A DNA stretch of 64,000 nucleotides, from NCBI GenBank assembly GCA_965250285.1, contig OZ252299.1, positions 1,536,001 to 1,600,000 of the forward strand, read 5' to 3'. This document shows, piece after piece, positions 1 through 9,696 of the stretch. The translations under genes were made by a program, and so were the position numbers. Source of the DNA: Myxococcota bacterium. Lineage in GTDB: Bacteria > Myxococcota_A > UBA9160 > UBA4427. Positions within the stretch are counted from its first letter, which is position 1. Each line of letters begins with the position of its first letter. Under the pieces are notes generated by a model, which had not been told where the DNA came from, searched no databases, and was given only the letters and a program-made list of their open reading frames with translations.

Positions 1-1
1 G

Positions 2-1135
2 GGCGAGCTGACGGGCGTCGACGCCGATGGATGGCGCCGACTCTGGTGCGAGGTCGACGCTTCGATCCATCGCACGGGCGAGGCGTTGCCGAGCGACTGG
101 ACGGAGCGCGCGCGGGCCGTGCTCGGCGCGACGCACGTGCGGGCGGTGCCACCGCTGGCCGGGTTCAAGCCCGCCCACGTCTGGCCGGCCGCGCTCGTGC
201 TGATGCTGGCGATGCTACCGAGCGCCGGTCCGGTCCGGGCCGATCGCACGGGCCTCGATGCCTACCGCGCCGGCGACTTCGCGGACGCCGCGATCGAACT
301 CGAACGTCGCGTCGAGGTCGCGCCGCTCGACTGGAAGGCGCGATCGGATCTCGGGCTCGCGCGGCTCCAGCTGGGTGAGCTCGACGCGGCCCTCGCCGAG
401 ACGTCGGCTGCGTTCGCCCTCGCGCCGAGCGAAGAAGCGCTGCGTTGGAATCTCGCTGTCGTGAGTCGGCGGGCCGGTTGGATCGATCCCGCGCTGCGCG
501 ATCTCGCCTGGGGGCGCGGCGCGCATGCGCTGGCTCGTCAGATGTCGGTCGGTGCGTGGCAGGCGTTCGGATGGGGCGCAGGGGCGCTGTTCTGGTTCTC
601 GGTCGCGGCGGCCGTCGCCCTGCGACACGGCCGGCGAGGGCCCGGGCCCGCCCTGGCCACGATGCTCGCCGGTGTCGTCGGTGTGGGGGTCTCTGCGGCG
701 ATGGTCGACACATGGGGCGCGCTCGGAGAACGTGGTGCGGCCTTCGTGCGCGAACCCACCGCCGCACGCAGCTTGCCGACCGAGCTCGCCGACGATCAGG
801 TCGAGGTCGCACTCGAGGCCGGTCGTGTCGTCGTTGCCGAGCATCGCTTCCTCGGCTGGGTGCAGGTGCGACTCGCGAATGGCGACGTCGGCTGGGTGCG
901 CGGCGAGACGCTGTCGCCCGTCTACGGGCCGCCTTCGCTCGGGGTTGCGCCGACGGCGCGCACCGAGGCGATCACCGCCGCGCCGCCGGTGGTGCCCGAA
1001 GCGCTGCGCTCGCCTCACGCAGCGCCACCCGTGGTGCCCGACGCGCTGCGTTCGCCTCACGCGGCGACGCCCGTGGTGCCCGAAGCGCTGCGTTCGGCTC
1101 ACGCGGCTCCGCCCGAAACGGCCGACGCAGCCTAG
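2..1135 (+). CDS. BatD/BatE-like protein, 5'-truncated (TPR, TM segments, SH3-like domain, C-terminal 14-aa repeats)
   Basis: Frame open from position 2; TPR-like AYRAGDFADAA...SDLGLARLQLG...WNLAVV; two TM segments; SH3b-like GWVQVRLANGDVGWV. Confidence 0.6.
   Translation, partial: GELTGVDADGWRRLWCEVDASIHRTGEALPSDWTERARAVLGATHVRAVPPLAGFKPAHVWPAALVLMLAMLPSAGPVRADRTGLDAYRAGDFADAAIELERRVEVAPLDWKARSDLGLARLQLGELDAALAETSAAFALAPSEEALRWNLAVVSRRAGWIDPALRDLAWGRGAHALARQMSVGAWQAFGWGAGALFWFSVAAAVALRHGRRGPGPALATMLAGVVGVGVSAAMVDTWGALGERGAAFVREPTAARSLPTELADDQVEVALEAGRVVVAEHRFLGWVQVRLANGDVGWVRGETLSPVYGPPSLGVAPTARTEAITAAPPVVPEALRSPHAAPPVVPDALRSPHAATPVVPEALRSAHAAPPETADAA
977..1114 (+). repeat. 3.3 x 42-bp in-frame tandem repeat (AAPPVVPEALRSPH)
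   Basis: Units start at 977, 1019, 1061, with a partial unit at 1103. Confidence 0.9.
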
Positions 1136-1169
1136 CCATCGTCGAGATCGCGCCGCGGGCGGCGGTGCG

Positions 1170-1991
1170 TCAGCGCCCCTTGAAGACAGGCTTGCGCTTC
1201 TCGACGAAGGCGCGCTGCGCCTCGCGCGCGTCTTCTGTGCGCCGCAGCGGCTTGCCGAGCTCTTCCTGGCGGCGATAGGCCGACTCGAGGTCGAGCTGCA
1301 TCAGCTCGCGCACGCCCGCCCAGGTCGCCTTCACCGCCAGCGGGCCGTTGCTCGCGATGCGGTCCGCCGTTTCGAATGCCCGAGCCATCAGCGCGTCGGG
1401 CTCGACGATCTCGTTGATCAGGCCGATCTCGAGGGCCTTCTGCGCCGAAAACGGCTGCGCGGTGTAGAGGATCTCGCTCGCGTGCACCCAGCCGATCTGC
1501 TTCGGCAGCATCACCGTCGCGTGGCCGGTGGGATAGAACCCGAGCGCGACCTCCTCGAGGGCAAACGTGGCCGCGGGCACCGCGTAGCGGATGTCGGTGG
1601 CCAGCATGAAGTCGAAGCCGCCGCCCCGAGCGTGTCCATTGACCGCGGCGATGAGCGGCTTGCCCACCGAGAACCCGGCGAGCGTCGCCGTCTTCACCGA
1701 GCGCAGGCCTTCGAACTCGATCGCGCTCACCTGCTCGCCCTTGGCGAGGCGCTGCGATGCCGGGATCGTCGTCTTGAGATCCATCCCCGAGCACCACACC
1801 CGATCGCCGCCACCCGTCACGACGGCCACGCGCACGTCGTCGTCCTCGGCGATGCGACGCCAGGCGGCCGCGAGACCCGCCAGCGACTCGGGATCGAGCG
1901 AGTTGGCGGCTTCGGGTCGGTCGATGGTCACGACGGCGACGTGAGGGTGATCGGTGGGCAGGTCGACGCGAACAGGCACGGCGGGCTCCAA
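1170..1991 (-). CDS. Enoyl-CoA hydratase/isomerase (crotonase family)
   Basis: VTIDRPEAANSL, WCSGMDLK, KPLIAAVNGHARGGG, EAQRAFVEKRKPVFKG; start approximate. Confidence 0.9.
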   Translation of the reverse strand: MEPAVPVRVDLPTDHPHVAVVTIDRPEAANSLDPESLAGLAAAWRRIAEDDDVRVAVVTGGGDRVWCSGMDLKTTIPASQRLAKGEQVSAIEFEGLRSVKTATLAGFSVGKPLIAAVNGHARGGGFDFMLATDIRYAVPAATFALEEVALGFYPTGHATVMLPKQIGWVHASEILYTAQPFSAQKALEIGLINEIVEPDALMARAFETADRIASNGPLAVKATWAGVRELMQLDLESAYRRQEELGKPLRRTEDAREAQRAFVEKRKPVFKGR

Positions 1992-2040
1992 AGAAATGGC
2001 TTTGAGTTCGAGGCTTTAGCCATTATTCTCAGCCGCTGCC

Positions 2041-2670
2041 ATGAGCTCTGACGACGGCGCACCCGAAGACCCCGCCCAGCCCGAATCCGCCCCGAGCCGC
2101 GACGCCGCCGACGCGTCCGAGCCCGCGCCGCGCCCCTCGCTCTGGGGCCGGGTGAAGGCGGCCTGGGCGAATCCGGCATACCGCTTCGTGATGCTCTTTC
2201 TGCCCTACCTCGGGATCGTGTCGGTCGGGTACCCCGCCATGCTCCGCTACTGGGGCGGCTTCGTGCAATCGTTCATCAACGGCACGGCGTGGATCGAGTA
2301 CGCGGTCTTCAATCTCTTCGCCGAGGGCGTGAAGCGCCACGAGAAGCTGGTCACCTACGGCAATTTCACCGTGACGATCGTCGACGAGTGCACCGGTCTC
2401 TACGAGATGCTCATCTACTCGGCGGCCGTGATGGCCTTCCCGACCACCATGAAGAACAAGCTCCTCGGGATCCTGCTCGGCAATCCGCTGATCTACTTCT
2501 TCAACGTCGTCCGCATCGCGATGCTGATCTGGGTCGGGCACTGGCAGCGCGAGTGGTTCGACTTCATGCACGTCTACTTCATGCAGGCGACCATGATCGT
2601 GATGATCACGGGGGTCTGGCTCCTGTGGATCACGCGCGTCGTCAAGGACCGGGACGTTGCCCCCGCCTGA
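2041..2670 (+). CDS. Exosortase family transpeptidase (exosortase H-like)
   Basis: Multi-TM protein with Cys/Arg/His triad: IVDECTGLYEM, NVVRIAML, FDFMHVY. Confidence 0.8.
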   Translation: MSSDDGAPEDPAQPESAPSRDAADASEPAPRPSLWGRVKAAWANPAYRFVMLFLPYLGIVSVGYPAMLRYWGGFVQSFINGTAWIEYAVFNLFAEGVKRHEKLVTYGNFTVTIVDECTGLYEMLIYSAAVMAFPTTMKNKLLGILLGNPLIYFFNVVRIAMLIWVGHWQREWFDFMHVYFMQATMIVMITGVWLLWITRVVKDRDVAPA

Positions 2671-3211
2671 TTCGGCGCTCGCGCGGTACAGCGGTTGGCT
2701 GCGCGCGCTCGCGTTCATCGCGATCACGGTGCCGCTCACGTGGTGGTGGATGCACGGCGGCGCCGACGCCTACATGGCGTTCTTCAAGCAGACCGCGACG
2801 CCGATCTTCAAACTGCTCGGCGTCACCAACTATCCGCCGAGCGCCGTACGGGATCGCTTCATCGGCTTCGTTCCGTTCATCGCCCTGATGGCGATCACGC
2901 CGGGGCTCGATCTGTCGAGGCGCATCGGCGCGGTGCTGATCGCGTTTCCGATCGTCTTCCTGTGCCAGATCGCGCTGGTCTACGCCGTGTTCAAGATCGT
3001 GGTGCAGGGCGGGGGCTGGAACGACCAGACGCGCGTCGCGCTGTTTCCGTTCACGGTGCTCTTCGACGGCTTGCCGCTCTTGCTCTGGGCGGTCTTCGCG
3101 CACGAGTTCCTGGCCGATCAGCTGAAGAAGATCATTCCCGCCGAAGCGGGCAGCCCGGGCGAGCCACGCCCGCCGGAGGAATCTGGTGAGCCCGGGGAGC
3201 CGCGCGACTAG
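2657..3211 (+). CDS. Exosortase-associated membrane protein
   Basis: About 4 TM helices; overlaps the exosortase stop; PFIALMAITP segment. Confidence 0.6.
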   Translation: MPPPDSALARYSGWLRALAFIAITVPLTWWWMHGGADAYMAFFKQTATPIFKLLGVTNYPPSAVRDRFIGFVPFIALMAITPGLDLSRRIGAVLIAFPIVFLCQIALVYAVFKIVVQGGGWNDQTRVALFPFTVLFDGLPLLLWAVFAHEFLADQLKKIIPAEAGSPGEPRPPEESGEPGEPRD

Positions 3212-3234
3212 AGAACCGCGGCACGGTCCGCCGT

Positions 3235-3521
3235 GCCTGCCCCGGCCTCGGTCCGCCGTGCCAGGGCCGGGGCAGGCGGGGGCACCGTGCTCAGACATTC
3301 TCGGCGCGACCTGCCTTGGAAGCTCGTATGTGGCGCACGTCGCGCCTGCGAACTGCGCGCGGTCCCCCCGCCTGCCCCGGCCTCGGTCCGCCGTGCCAGG
3401 GCCGGGGCAGGCGGGGGCACCGTGCTCAGACATTCTCGGCGCGACCTGCCTGGGAAGCTCGTATGTTTCGCACGTCGCGCCTGCGAACTGCGCGCGGTCC
3501 CCCCGCCTGCCCCGGCCTCGG
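3235..3521. repeat. 135-bp tandem repeat (2 units plus partial) with internal 18-bp inverted repeats; REP/BIME-like
   Basis: gcctgccccggcctcgg recurs at 3235, 3370, 3505; cccccgcctgccccggcc pairs with ggccggggcaggcggggg; lies between convergent genes. Confidence 0.9.
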
Positions 3522-3592
3522 AAGGCTTCGGTCGCAGCGCGGCACGCTCGGCGCTGTTCTCGCGTGCGTGGGGCGCGTTCTGCAGAGGCTCC

Positions 3593-4747
3593 CTAGGGCG
3601 TGCGTGCCCGTTCGCTGGTCTCGCGCAGGGCTTCGATGCGGGGCGCGAGGTGCTCGGCCGCGATGCGATGGCCGGCGCGGTTCGGGTGGTAGACGTCGTA
3701 CCCGTTGATCCGCAAACGAGAGACGTGCTCGGCGTAGTAGGGCGCGGTCAGGTCGATCGGCTCGGGCAGGCCCGCGCGGCGGATCTCCGAAGCGATGATG
3801 TCGTGCGCGACCGCGTGGTCGTAGCGGCCATCCTGCCCGTCGAGCAGCGGAAAGATCACGATCACCACGTCGAAGTCGCGCTCCGCCGACAGGGCAGCGA
3901 GTCGGCGCAGGCCGTGGCGGAGTCGGCCGACCCGGGGCGCGTCGCGATACCACGACGACGGCTCGCGTTCGGTCGCGCTGGCCATGCGCGCGAGCAGCTC
4001 GGTCTCTTCGTCGCCGATCGCGTCGATCCGATCGCCGAAGCGAGCGGTGAATGCATCGAGCTCGTTCTGATGGGCCTGCCACGACCCCATTCGAATGCGG
4101 TCGAGCTGGACGGCGAGCAAGGCGACGACGCGCGAGCGATAGAGAGGGTTGCTTCCGTAGCGCTCGGTGCGTTCGATGTACTCGAGGTTCGGGCTCACCA
4201 CGGCGGCGTCGTTCAGACAGAAGCCCAGCACCACGACATCGGGCTCGAACGCGGCGACCCGGGCCTCGATGGCCGCGACGTTCTGCAGGATGTCGTAGCC
4301 GCCCACGCCGAAGTTCAGCACTTCGTAGTCGGGCCGGTGATTCTCGAGGCGGCGTTGCAGCTGGGCTGGATAGGTCGCGTCAGCTCGGAGAAAGTTGCCA
4401 AATGTGATCGAGTCGCCGAACACCGCGATGCGAAAGTCGTCCGAGGGGCCGGGACGGCCGGCCGGGCCGCGATGACCGTGGGCGTTGATGAGCACTTCGG
4501 TGCCCCAGGCCTGGCCCCAGGCGTGGGGCGTCAGCTCGTAGCCCAGCTCGGGGTTGGTCGAGGCCTGCACGATGGTCTGTCGGCCGGTCTTCAAGTCGCG
4601 AAACGGGTCGAAGCCCATGACGCGAAGCGCGACTTCGAGCACCGCGAACGTCACGAGCAGCGAGCCAACGAGCAGCGCGATCCGCGCGCCCGCGCGGTGG
4701 CGCACCTCAGCCCTCGACGCTTTCGAGCCGGCATGCCCGGTGCTCAC
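3593..4747 (-). CDS. SGNH/GDSL hydrolase family protein with N-terminal TM anchor
   Basis: IAVFGDSITFG, VLNFGVGGY, GFCLND, DVYHPNRAGH; GTG start after GGAGG. Confidence 0.85.
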   Translation of the reverse strand: MSTGHAGSKASRAEVRHRAGARIALLVGSLLVTFAVLEVALRVMGFDPFRDLKTGRQTIVQASTNPELGYELTPHAWGQAWGTEVLINAHGHRGPAGRPGPSDDFRIAVFGDSITFGNFLRADATYPAQLQRRLENHRPDYEVLNFGVGGYDILQNVAAIEARVAAFEPDVVVLGFCLNDAAVVSPNLEYIERTERYGSNPLYRSRVVALLAVQLDRIRMGSWQAHQNELDAFTARFGDRIDAIGDEETELLARMASATEREPSSWYRDAPRVGRLRHGLRRLAALSAERDFDVVIVIFPLLDGQDGRYDHAVAHDIIASEIRRAGLPEPIDLTAPYYAEHVSRLRINGYDVYHPNRAGHRIAAEHLAPRIEALRETSERARTP

Positions 4748-4922
4748 GGCGAGCCCATCCTCCGCAGTGGCGATCGCCGGCCAGGGTACCTCGCTTCGGC
4801 CGAGGCCCGGCCGCCGAGTGAAGTCCGGCTGCAAGCGTGTACGACGGCGTTCCGTGTGGAACGCCACGGAGGAATCGCGCGCTCCGAACCCATGGGAACC
4901 GGTGCAGTGGGATGGCAGCGCG

Positions 4923-5681
4923 TCACCGCCCGATCTCGATGACGCCGAGCATTCGCAGCGCCAGCACGATCACGGCGATCGCGAGCACGGGCTTGATCAG
5001 GCCTTCGCCGCCGCGCACGGCGAGGCGAGCGCCGAGCTGACCGCCCGTGAAGAAGCCGATCGTGAGCGCGAGCGCGGGGGCCCACTCGACGAGGCCCTCG
5101 AACGCGAAGACGGGCACCGCGACCATCGTGAACGCGCCGACGACGACGACCTTGATCGCGTTGGCGCGGACGAGGTCGAGACCGCTGTGGGAGAGCGCCA
5201 TGACGAGGAAGAGCCCGACGCCGGCCTGGACGGCGCCCCCGTAGAGACCGATCGCGAAGAACACGAGGGTGCGTACCGGGGGCGACCAGGTCTTGGCCGA
5301 CTCTTCGCCGCGCTTCGCGCCGAAGCCACCGCGCAGGGTCGGCCAGAGCAAGAGCAGCATGAGCACGCCGAAGATGTGCTCGAAGGCGTCGCTCGGCAGC
5401 TGGCTGATGCCGATCGCGCCGATCAGCGATCCGATGGCGACGGGGACGAGGATCGGCAGCGCGCCCTGAAGCCCCGACACGCCGTCGCGCGTGAAGCGCC
5501 AGGTCGCGCTGATGTTCTGCGCGAGGATGCCCACCCGGTTCGTGCCGTTCGCGACATCGCCGGGAAGCCCCAGCGCAACGAGCAGCGGCACGCTCAGCAG
5601 CGATCCACCGCCGGCGAGCACGTTGATCGTGCCGGCGGCGCAGCCCGCGGCGATCAGGCCGACGGCGGTCCAGGCGTCCAC
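4923..5681 (-). CDS. Sulfite exporter TauE/SafE family membrane protein
   Basis: AGTINVLAGGGSLL, ANGTNRV, GLYGGAVQAGVG; GTG start after AGGAG. Confidence 0.85.
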   Translation of the reverse strand: MDAWTAVGLIAAGCAAGTINVLAGGGSLLSVPLLVALGLPGDVANGTNRVGILAQNISATWRFTRDGVSGLQGALPILVPVAIGSLIGAIGISQLPSDAFEHIFGVLMLLLLWPTLRGGFGAKRGEESAKTWSPPVRTLVFFAIGLYGGAVQAGVGLFLVMALSHSGLDLVRANAIKVVVVGAFTMVAVPVFAFEGLVEWAPALALTIGFFTGGQLGARLAVRGGEGLIKPVLAIAVIVLALRMLGVIEIGR

Positions 5682-5895
5682 GGGGGTCTCCTGCAGTGCA
5701 TCGAGAGAGCGACCGGGCGGGGGCCATCGAGGCCGCGCCCCGCGCACGAGTAGCGCGCGGTGGAGCGCAGCGCATCGTGCGACGAGACCGACTTCGGCGC
5801 AGCGTGTGCCGCACGACGGGTCGCTCGGACCCTCGGCTGTGCGAAGCTCGGTCGCGATGCGACCCACATACGTCGCGAGGAGGTCGAGAGCGCAC

Positions 5896-7851
5896 ATGAC
5901 CATCGAGGCTCCGTACGGGAGCTGGCGATCCGGGATTCGCAGCGAAGATGTCGCCGCCGGCGCCCGCCGGCTCTCGCAGCCACGGATCGACGGCGCCTTC
6001 GTCTACTGGCTCGAGGGGCGGCCGAGCGAGGCCGGACGCCAGTGCGTCGTGCGCGCCCCGCTCGATGCGCCGGGCACCGGCCACGTGGATGTGACTCCGC
6101 CCGACGCGAACGTGCGCACGCGCGTGCACGAGTACGGAGGCGGCGACTACCGCGTGCACCGCGGGCGCGTCGAGTTCGTGCGCTTCGACGACCAGCGAAT
6201 CTGGTCGACGGCCGCCGGTGGGACCGAGGCCGTCAGCGCACCGGGGCCGCGCTACGCCGACCTCGTGGGCTCGCCCGATGACAGCCTGCTCGTGGCGGTC
6301 GAGGAGCGCGACGTCGGCGCCCACGAGCCCGAGAACCGGCTCGTATGCTTTCGACGCGACGGCTCGGGACGACTCGCGCCCGAGCCCATCGTCGTGTTCG
6401 AGGGCAGCGACTTCGTCAGCGCGCCTGCATTCTCGCCCGACGGTCGCCGGCTGGCCTTCACGGTCTGGCGCCATCCCGACCTGCCCTGGGACGCGACCGA
6501 GCTCTTCGAGGTCGAGGTGGACGCATCGGGCGCGATCGGGGCGCCGCGCAGGATCGCAGGGGGCGACGGGGAGTCGATCCTCCAGCCCTCTTACTCGGCG
6601 GCGGGTGCGCTCACGTTCGTGAGCGATCGCTCGGGCTGGTGGAACCCGTACGCACTGCACGATGGAGAGGTGCGACCCCTGTGTCGGCGCGAAGCCGAGT
6701 TCGGCGGCCCGCAGTGGGTCTTCGGGCTCTCGTGGTCGGCGCACCTCGACGACGGCACGCTGCTGTGTGTGCGGCGCGAGCAGGGGCGGGACGTGCTCGG
6801 CCGCCTGATCCCCGAGCGCGGCGAGATCGTCGACTACGCGTTGCCCTACACCGAGATCGGGTACGTCCGAGCCGAGGGGCGTCATGCGTGCTTCCTCGGC
6901 GGCTCGCCGACCGAGGCGGCTTCGGTGGTCGTGCTCGACGTCGTCTCGGGCGAGGCGCGGCTCGCGCAGCGGGGCAGCGCGCTCGACCTCGACGCGAGCT
7001 GGGTGTCGGCGGCCGAGCCCGTGCGCTTCGAATCGGCCGGCGGGCGGCATGCGTATGCCTACTTCTATGCCCCGCGACATCCCGACTTCGCTGGCCCGTC
7101 GGACGAACGGCCGCCCGTCGTCGTCAAGAGTCACGGCGGTCCGACCGCTGCGGCGAGCTCGGCCCTCGATCCGCGGGTGCAGTACTGGACCAGCCGGGGG
7201 TTCGCGTACCTCGACGTCGACTACGCCGGCTCGACGGGGTACGGCCGCGACTACCGCCGCAGCCTCGCCGGTCAGTGGGGTGTCTACGATGTCGAGGACT
7301 GCATCGCGGCGGCGAGCGCGATGGCCGAGCTCGGCCGCGTCGATCCGCGGCGCCAGGCGATCAGCGGGGGCAGTGCAGGGGGCTACACGACCCTGTGCGC
7401 GCTGACCTTCGCTGACGCGTTCGCGGCCGGCGCGAGCCACTACGGGATCGGCGACCTCGAGGCGCTCGCGCGCGATACGCACAAGTTCGAGGCGCGCTAT
7501 CTCGACGGATTGATCGGGCCGTACCCAGAGCGGCAGGATCTCTACGTCGCACGGTCCCCGATTCACGCGACCGACCGGCTCTCGTGTCCGGTGATCTTCT
7601 TCCAGGGGCTCGACGACAAGGTCGTGCCGCCGAATCAATCCGAGGCCATGGCGGCCGCGCTCGCCGAGCAGGGCATCGCGCATGCCTACGTCGCGTTCGA
7701 GGGCGAGCAGCACGGCTTTCGCCAGGCGAAGAACATCTGCACCGCGCTCGACGGCGAGGCCTGGTTCTATGGCCAGGTCTTCGGCTTCGATGTGGGGGCG
7801 GCGCCTGTGGGCGTCGACCTGGTACCCGGGCGCGGCCTCTTCGCCGGCTGA
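5896..7851 (+). CDS. S9 family (prolyl oligopeptidase/acylaminoacyl) peptidase
   Basis: APYGSWRS N-terminus, HGGPT, GGSAGGY nucleophile, DKVVPP, EQHGFR. Confidence 0.92.
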   Translation: MTIEAPYGSWRSGIRSEDVAAGARRLSQPRIDGAFVYWLEGRPSEAGRQCVVRAPLDAPGTGHVDVTPPDANVRTRVHEYGGGDYRVHRGRVEFVRFDDQRIWSTAAGGTEAVSAPGPRYADLVGSPDDSLLVAVEERDVGAHEPENRLVCFRRDGSGRLAPEPIVVFEGSDFVSAPAFSPDGRRLAFTVWRHPDLPWDATELFEVEVDASGAIGAPRRIAGGDGESILQPSYSAAGALTFVSDRSGWWNPYALHDGEVRPLCRREAEFGGPQWVFGLSWSAHLDDGTLLCVRREQGRDVLGRLIPERGEIVDYALPYTEIGYVRAEGRHACFLGGSPTEAASVVVLDVVSGEARLAQRGSALDLDASWVSAAEPVRFESAGGRHAYAYFYAPRHPDFAGPSDERPPVVVKSHGGPTAAASSALDPRVQYWTSRGFAYLDVDYAGSTGYGRDYRRSLAGQWGVYDVEDCIAAASAMAELGRVDPRRQAISGGSAGGYTTLCALTFADAFAAGASHYGIGDLEALARDTHKFEARYLDGLIGPYPERQDLYVARSPIHATDRLSCPVIFFQGLDDKVVPPNQSEAMAAALAEQGIAHAYVAFEGEQHGFRQAKNICTALDGEAWFYGQVFGFDVGAAPVGVDLVPGRGLFAG

Positions 7852-7857
7852 CTGCGC

Positions 7858-8799
7858 CTACGCGGCGGCGGGGTCGAAGCCGGCCTCGAGATCGAGCCCG
7901 TCGTCCCAGTAGGGCTGCGGCCCGCAGTGCGAAGCGAGGTGATCGACGAACGCGCGCACCTTGGCCGACAGGTGACGGCGATGCGGGTACACCGCCTGGA
8001 TGGACAGCGTGCTGCGGAGGCGATCTGCGAAGAGCGTCTCGATGCGACCCGCCCGCACCGCGTCGGCGGCGAGGAACGTCGGGAGCAGCGCGATGCCCAG
8101 CCCCGCCGCGACCATCTCGCACGTGAGCTCGCCGTTGTTCGAGCGGTGGGCCACGGGTGGATCGACGCGAAGGCGGTCGCCGTCGGGCGTGTCGAAGGTC
8201 CAGGCTCGCTCGGCCTCGTAGGCGTAGGCGATGCGGCCGTGCTCGCGGAGGGCGTCGGGCTCGGCCGGGCGACCGTGATCGGCGAGCCAACCCGGCGACG
8301 CGCAGAGCACGCGGCGGCAGGGCGCGAGGCGGCGCGACACCAGGCTCGAGTCGGGCATGTCGGCGATGCGCACGACGACGTCGAGGCCCTCGTCGACGAG
8401 GTCGACGAAGCGGTCGACGAGCTCGACCTCCATCGACACCAGCGGATGCTGTGCCGCGAAGTCGGCCACCGAGCGAGCGAGGTGCAGGCGGCCGAAATCC
8501 ATCGGCGCGCCCACGCGCAGCACCCCCCGCGGCTCCGACTGTCCTGCCGCCACCGCGCTCTCCGCCTCTTCGACATCGTGGAGGATCTCGGTCGCCCGGT
8601 CGCTGAACGCGCGGCCGGCGTCGGTCAGCGCCACGCGCCGGGTCGTGCGCTGGAAGAGCCGGGCGCCGAGACGCTCCTCGAGCGCCTTGACCTGCTTGCT
8701 CACCGCCGAGGCCGTTACGCCCAGCTGGCGCGCGGCCCCGCTGAAGCTGCCCTGACGGGTGACCTCGAGGAACGTCTCGTACTCGCTGAGTCGGTCCAT
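7858..8799 (-). CDS. LysR family transcriptional regulator (CrgA/DmlR-like)
   Basis: GSFSGAARQLGVTASAVSKQVKALEERLGARLFQRTTR HTH; DLVDEGLDVVVR. Confidence 0.95.
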   Translation of the reverse strand: MDRLSEYETFLEVTRQGSFSGAARQLGVTASAVSKQVKALEERLGARLFQRTTRRVALTDAGRAFSDRATEILHDVEEAESAVAAGQSEPRGVLRVGAPMDFGRLHLARSVADFAAQHPLVSMEVELVDRFVDLVDEGLDVVVRIADMPDSSLVSRRLAPCRRVLCASPGWLADHGRPAEPDALREHGRIAYAYEAERAWTFDTPDGDRLRVDPPVAHRSNNGELTCEMVAAGLGIALLPTFLAADAVRAGRIETLFADRLRSTLSIQAVYPHRRHLSAKVRAFVDHLASHCGPQPYWDDGLDLEAGFDPAAA

Positions 8800-8818
8800 T
8801 GTGCTCCCTCTTTCATTG

Positions 8819-8833
8819 GTTCCTCTATGGAAC
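8819..8833. promoter_or_regulatory. Putative LysR binding site (T-N11-A dyad GTTCC-N5-GGAAC)
   Basis: gttcctctatggaac in the AT-richer divergent lysR/pirin intergenic region. Confidence 0.55.
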
Positions 8834-8950
8834 AAGTATGTGGACCGAGTCTGCGATTTTCAATCGGGGGATGATGACGAAAACTCGAGGGTGCCCGCGG
8901 CGAGGCTCGATCGACGAGCCGGCGCGCCGGGTGCGGAGGGAGACATCGAC

Positions 8951-9643
8951 ATGATCGTCCACCACGCAGCGAAGGATCGATTCCACACCCGCTTCGACTG
9001 GCTCGAGAGCTGGCACGGGTTCTCTTTCGCGGAGCACTTCGACCCCGACCGCATGGGCCACGGCCCGCTGCGCGTCGTGAACGAGGACTGGATCGCACCG
9101 CGATCGGGCTTCCCGACGCACGGCCACCGCAACATGGAGATCCTGACCTACATGCTGGCCGGCACGCTGACCCACCAGGACAGCGAGGGGAACCGGGTCG
9201 AGATCCGCCCGGGGCGCGTGCAGCGCATGCATGCTGGACGCGGGATTCAGCACAGCGAGATGAACCTCGACGCCGACGAGCCCGTGCACCTGCTTCAGAT
9301 CTGGATCGAGCCGGATCAGCCGGGCGGACCACCCGGGCACGACGAGATCGACGTCGACCTCAGCGCTGGAAGGCCGGTCGTGCTGGCTTCGCGCGGCGGT
9401 GAGGCCGGCGGACTCGAGCTGCGCGCCGACGCCACCGTGTCGGCCCTGCGCCTCGGCTGCGATGCGCCGCAGTCGTGGTCGGTCGGCGCCGGTCGGCGAG
9501 GCTGGGTGCAGGTCGCGCGCGGCGCGGGGCGTGCCGGGGGCGTCCCATTCGGAGCGGGCGACGCGTTTGCCATCGCGGGCCCCGAGCACGTCGAACTCGA
9601 AACCGACGCAGAAACCGAGCTGGTGCTCTTCGACCTGCCCTGA
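8951..9643 (+). CDS. Pirin family protein (YhhW/YhaK-like)
   Basis: LESWHGFSFA, GFPTHGHRNMEILTY, GIQHSEMN, LLQIWI. Confidence 0.93.
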   Translation: MIVHHAAKDRFHTRFDWLESWHGFSFAEHFDPDRMGHGPLRVVNEDWIAPRSGFPTHGHRNMEILTYMLAGTLTHQDSEGNRVEIRPGRVQRMHAGRGIQHSEMNLDADEPVHLLQIWIEPDQPGGPPGHDEIDVDLSAGRPVVLASRGGEAGGLELRADATVSALRLGCDAPQSWSVGAGRRGWVQVARGAGRAGGVPFGAGDAFAIAGPEHVELETDAETELVLFDLP

Positions 9644-9696
9644 GTGGGCGGGTCGAAGGGCGCCACGCCCCACATCGAAACAGAGGAGGATGAGTG

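Noticed and set aside
3235..3521. CRISPR array or protein-coding repeat ORFs
   Set aside because: The 'spacers' are nearly identical, and the ORFs across the region have no protein-like features.
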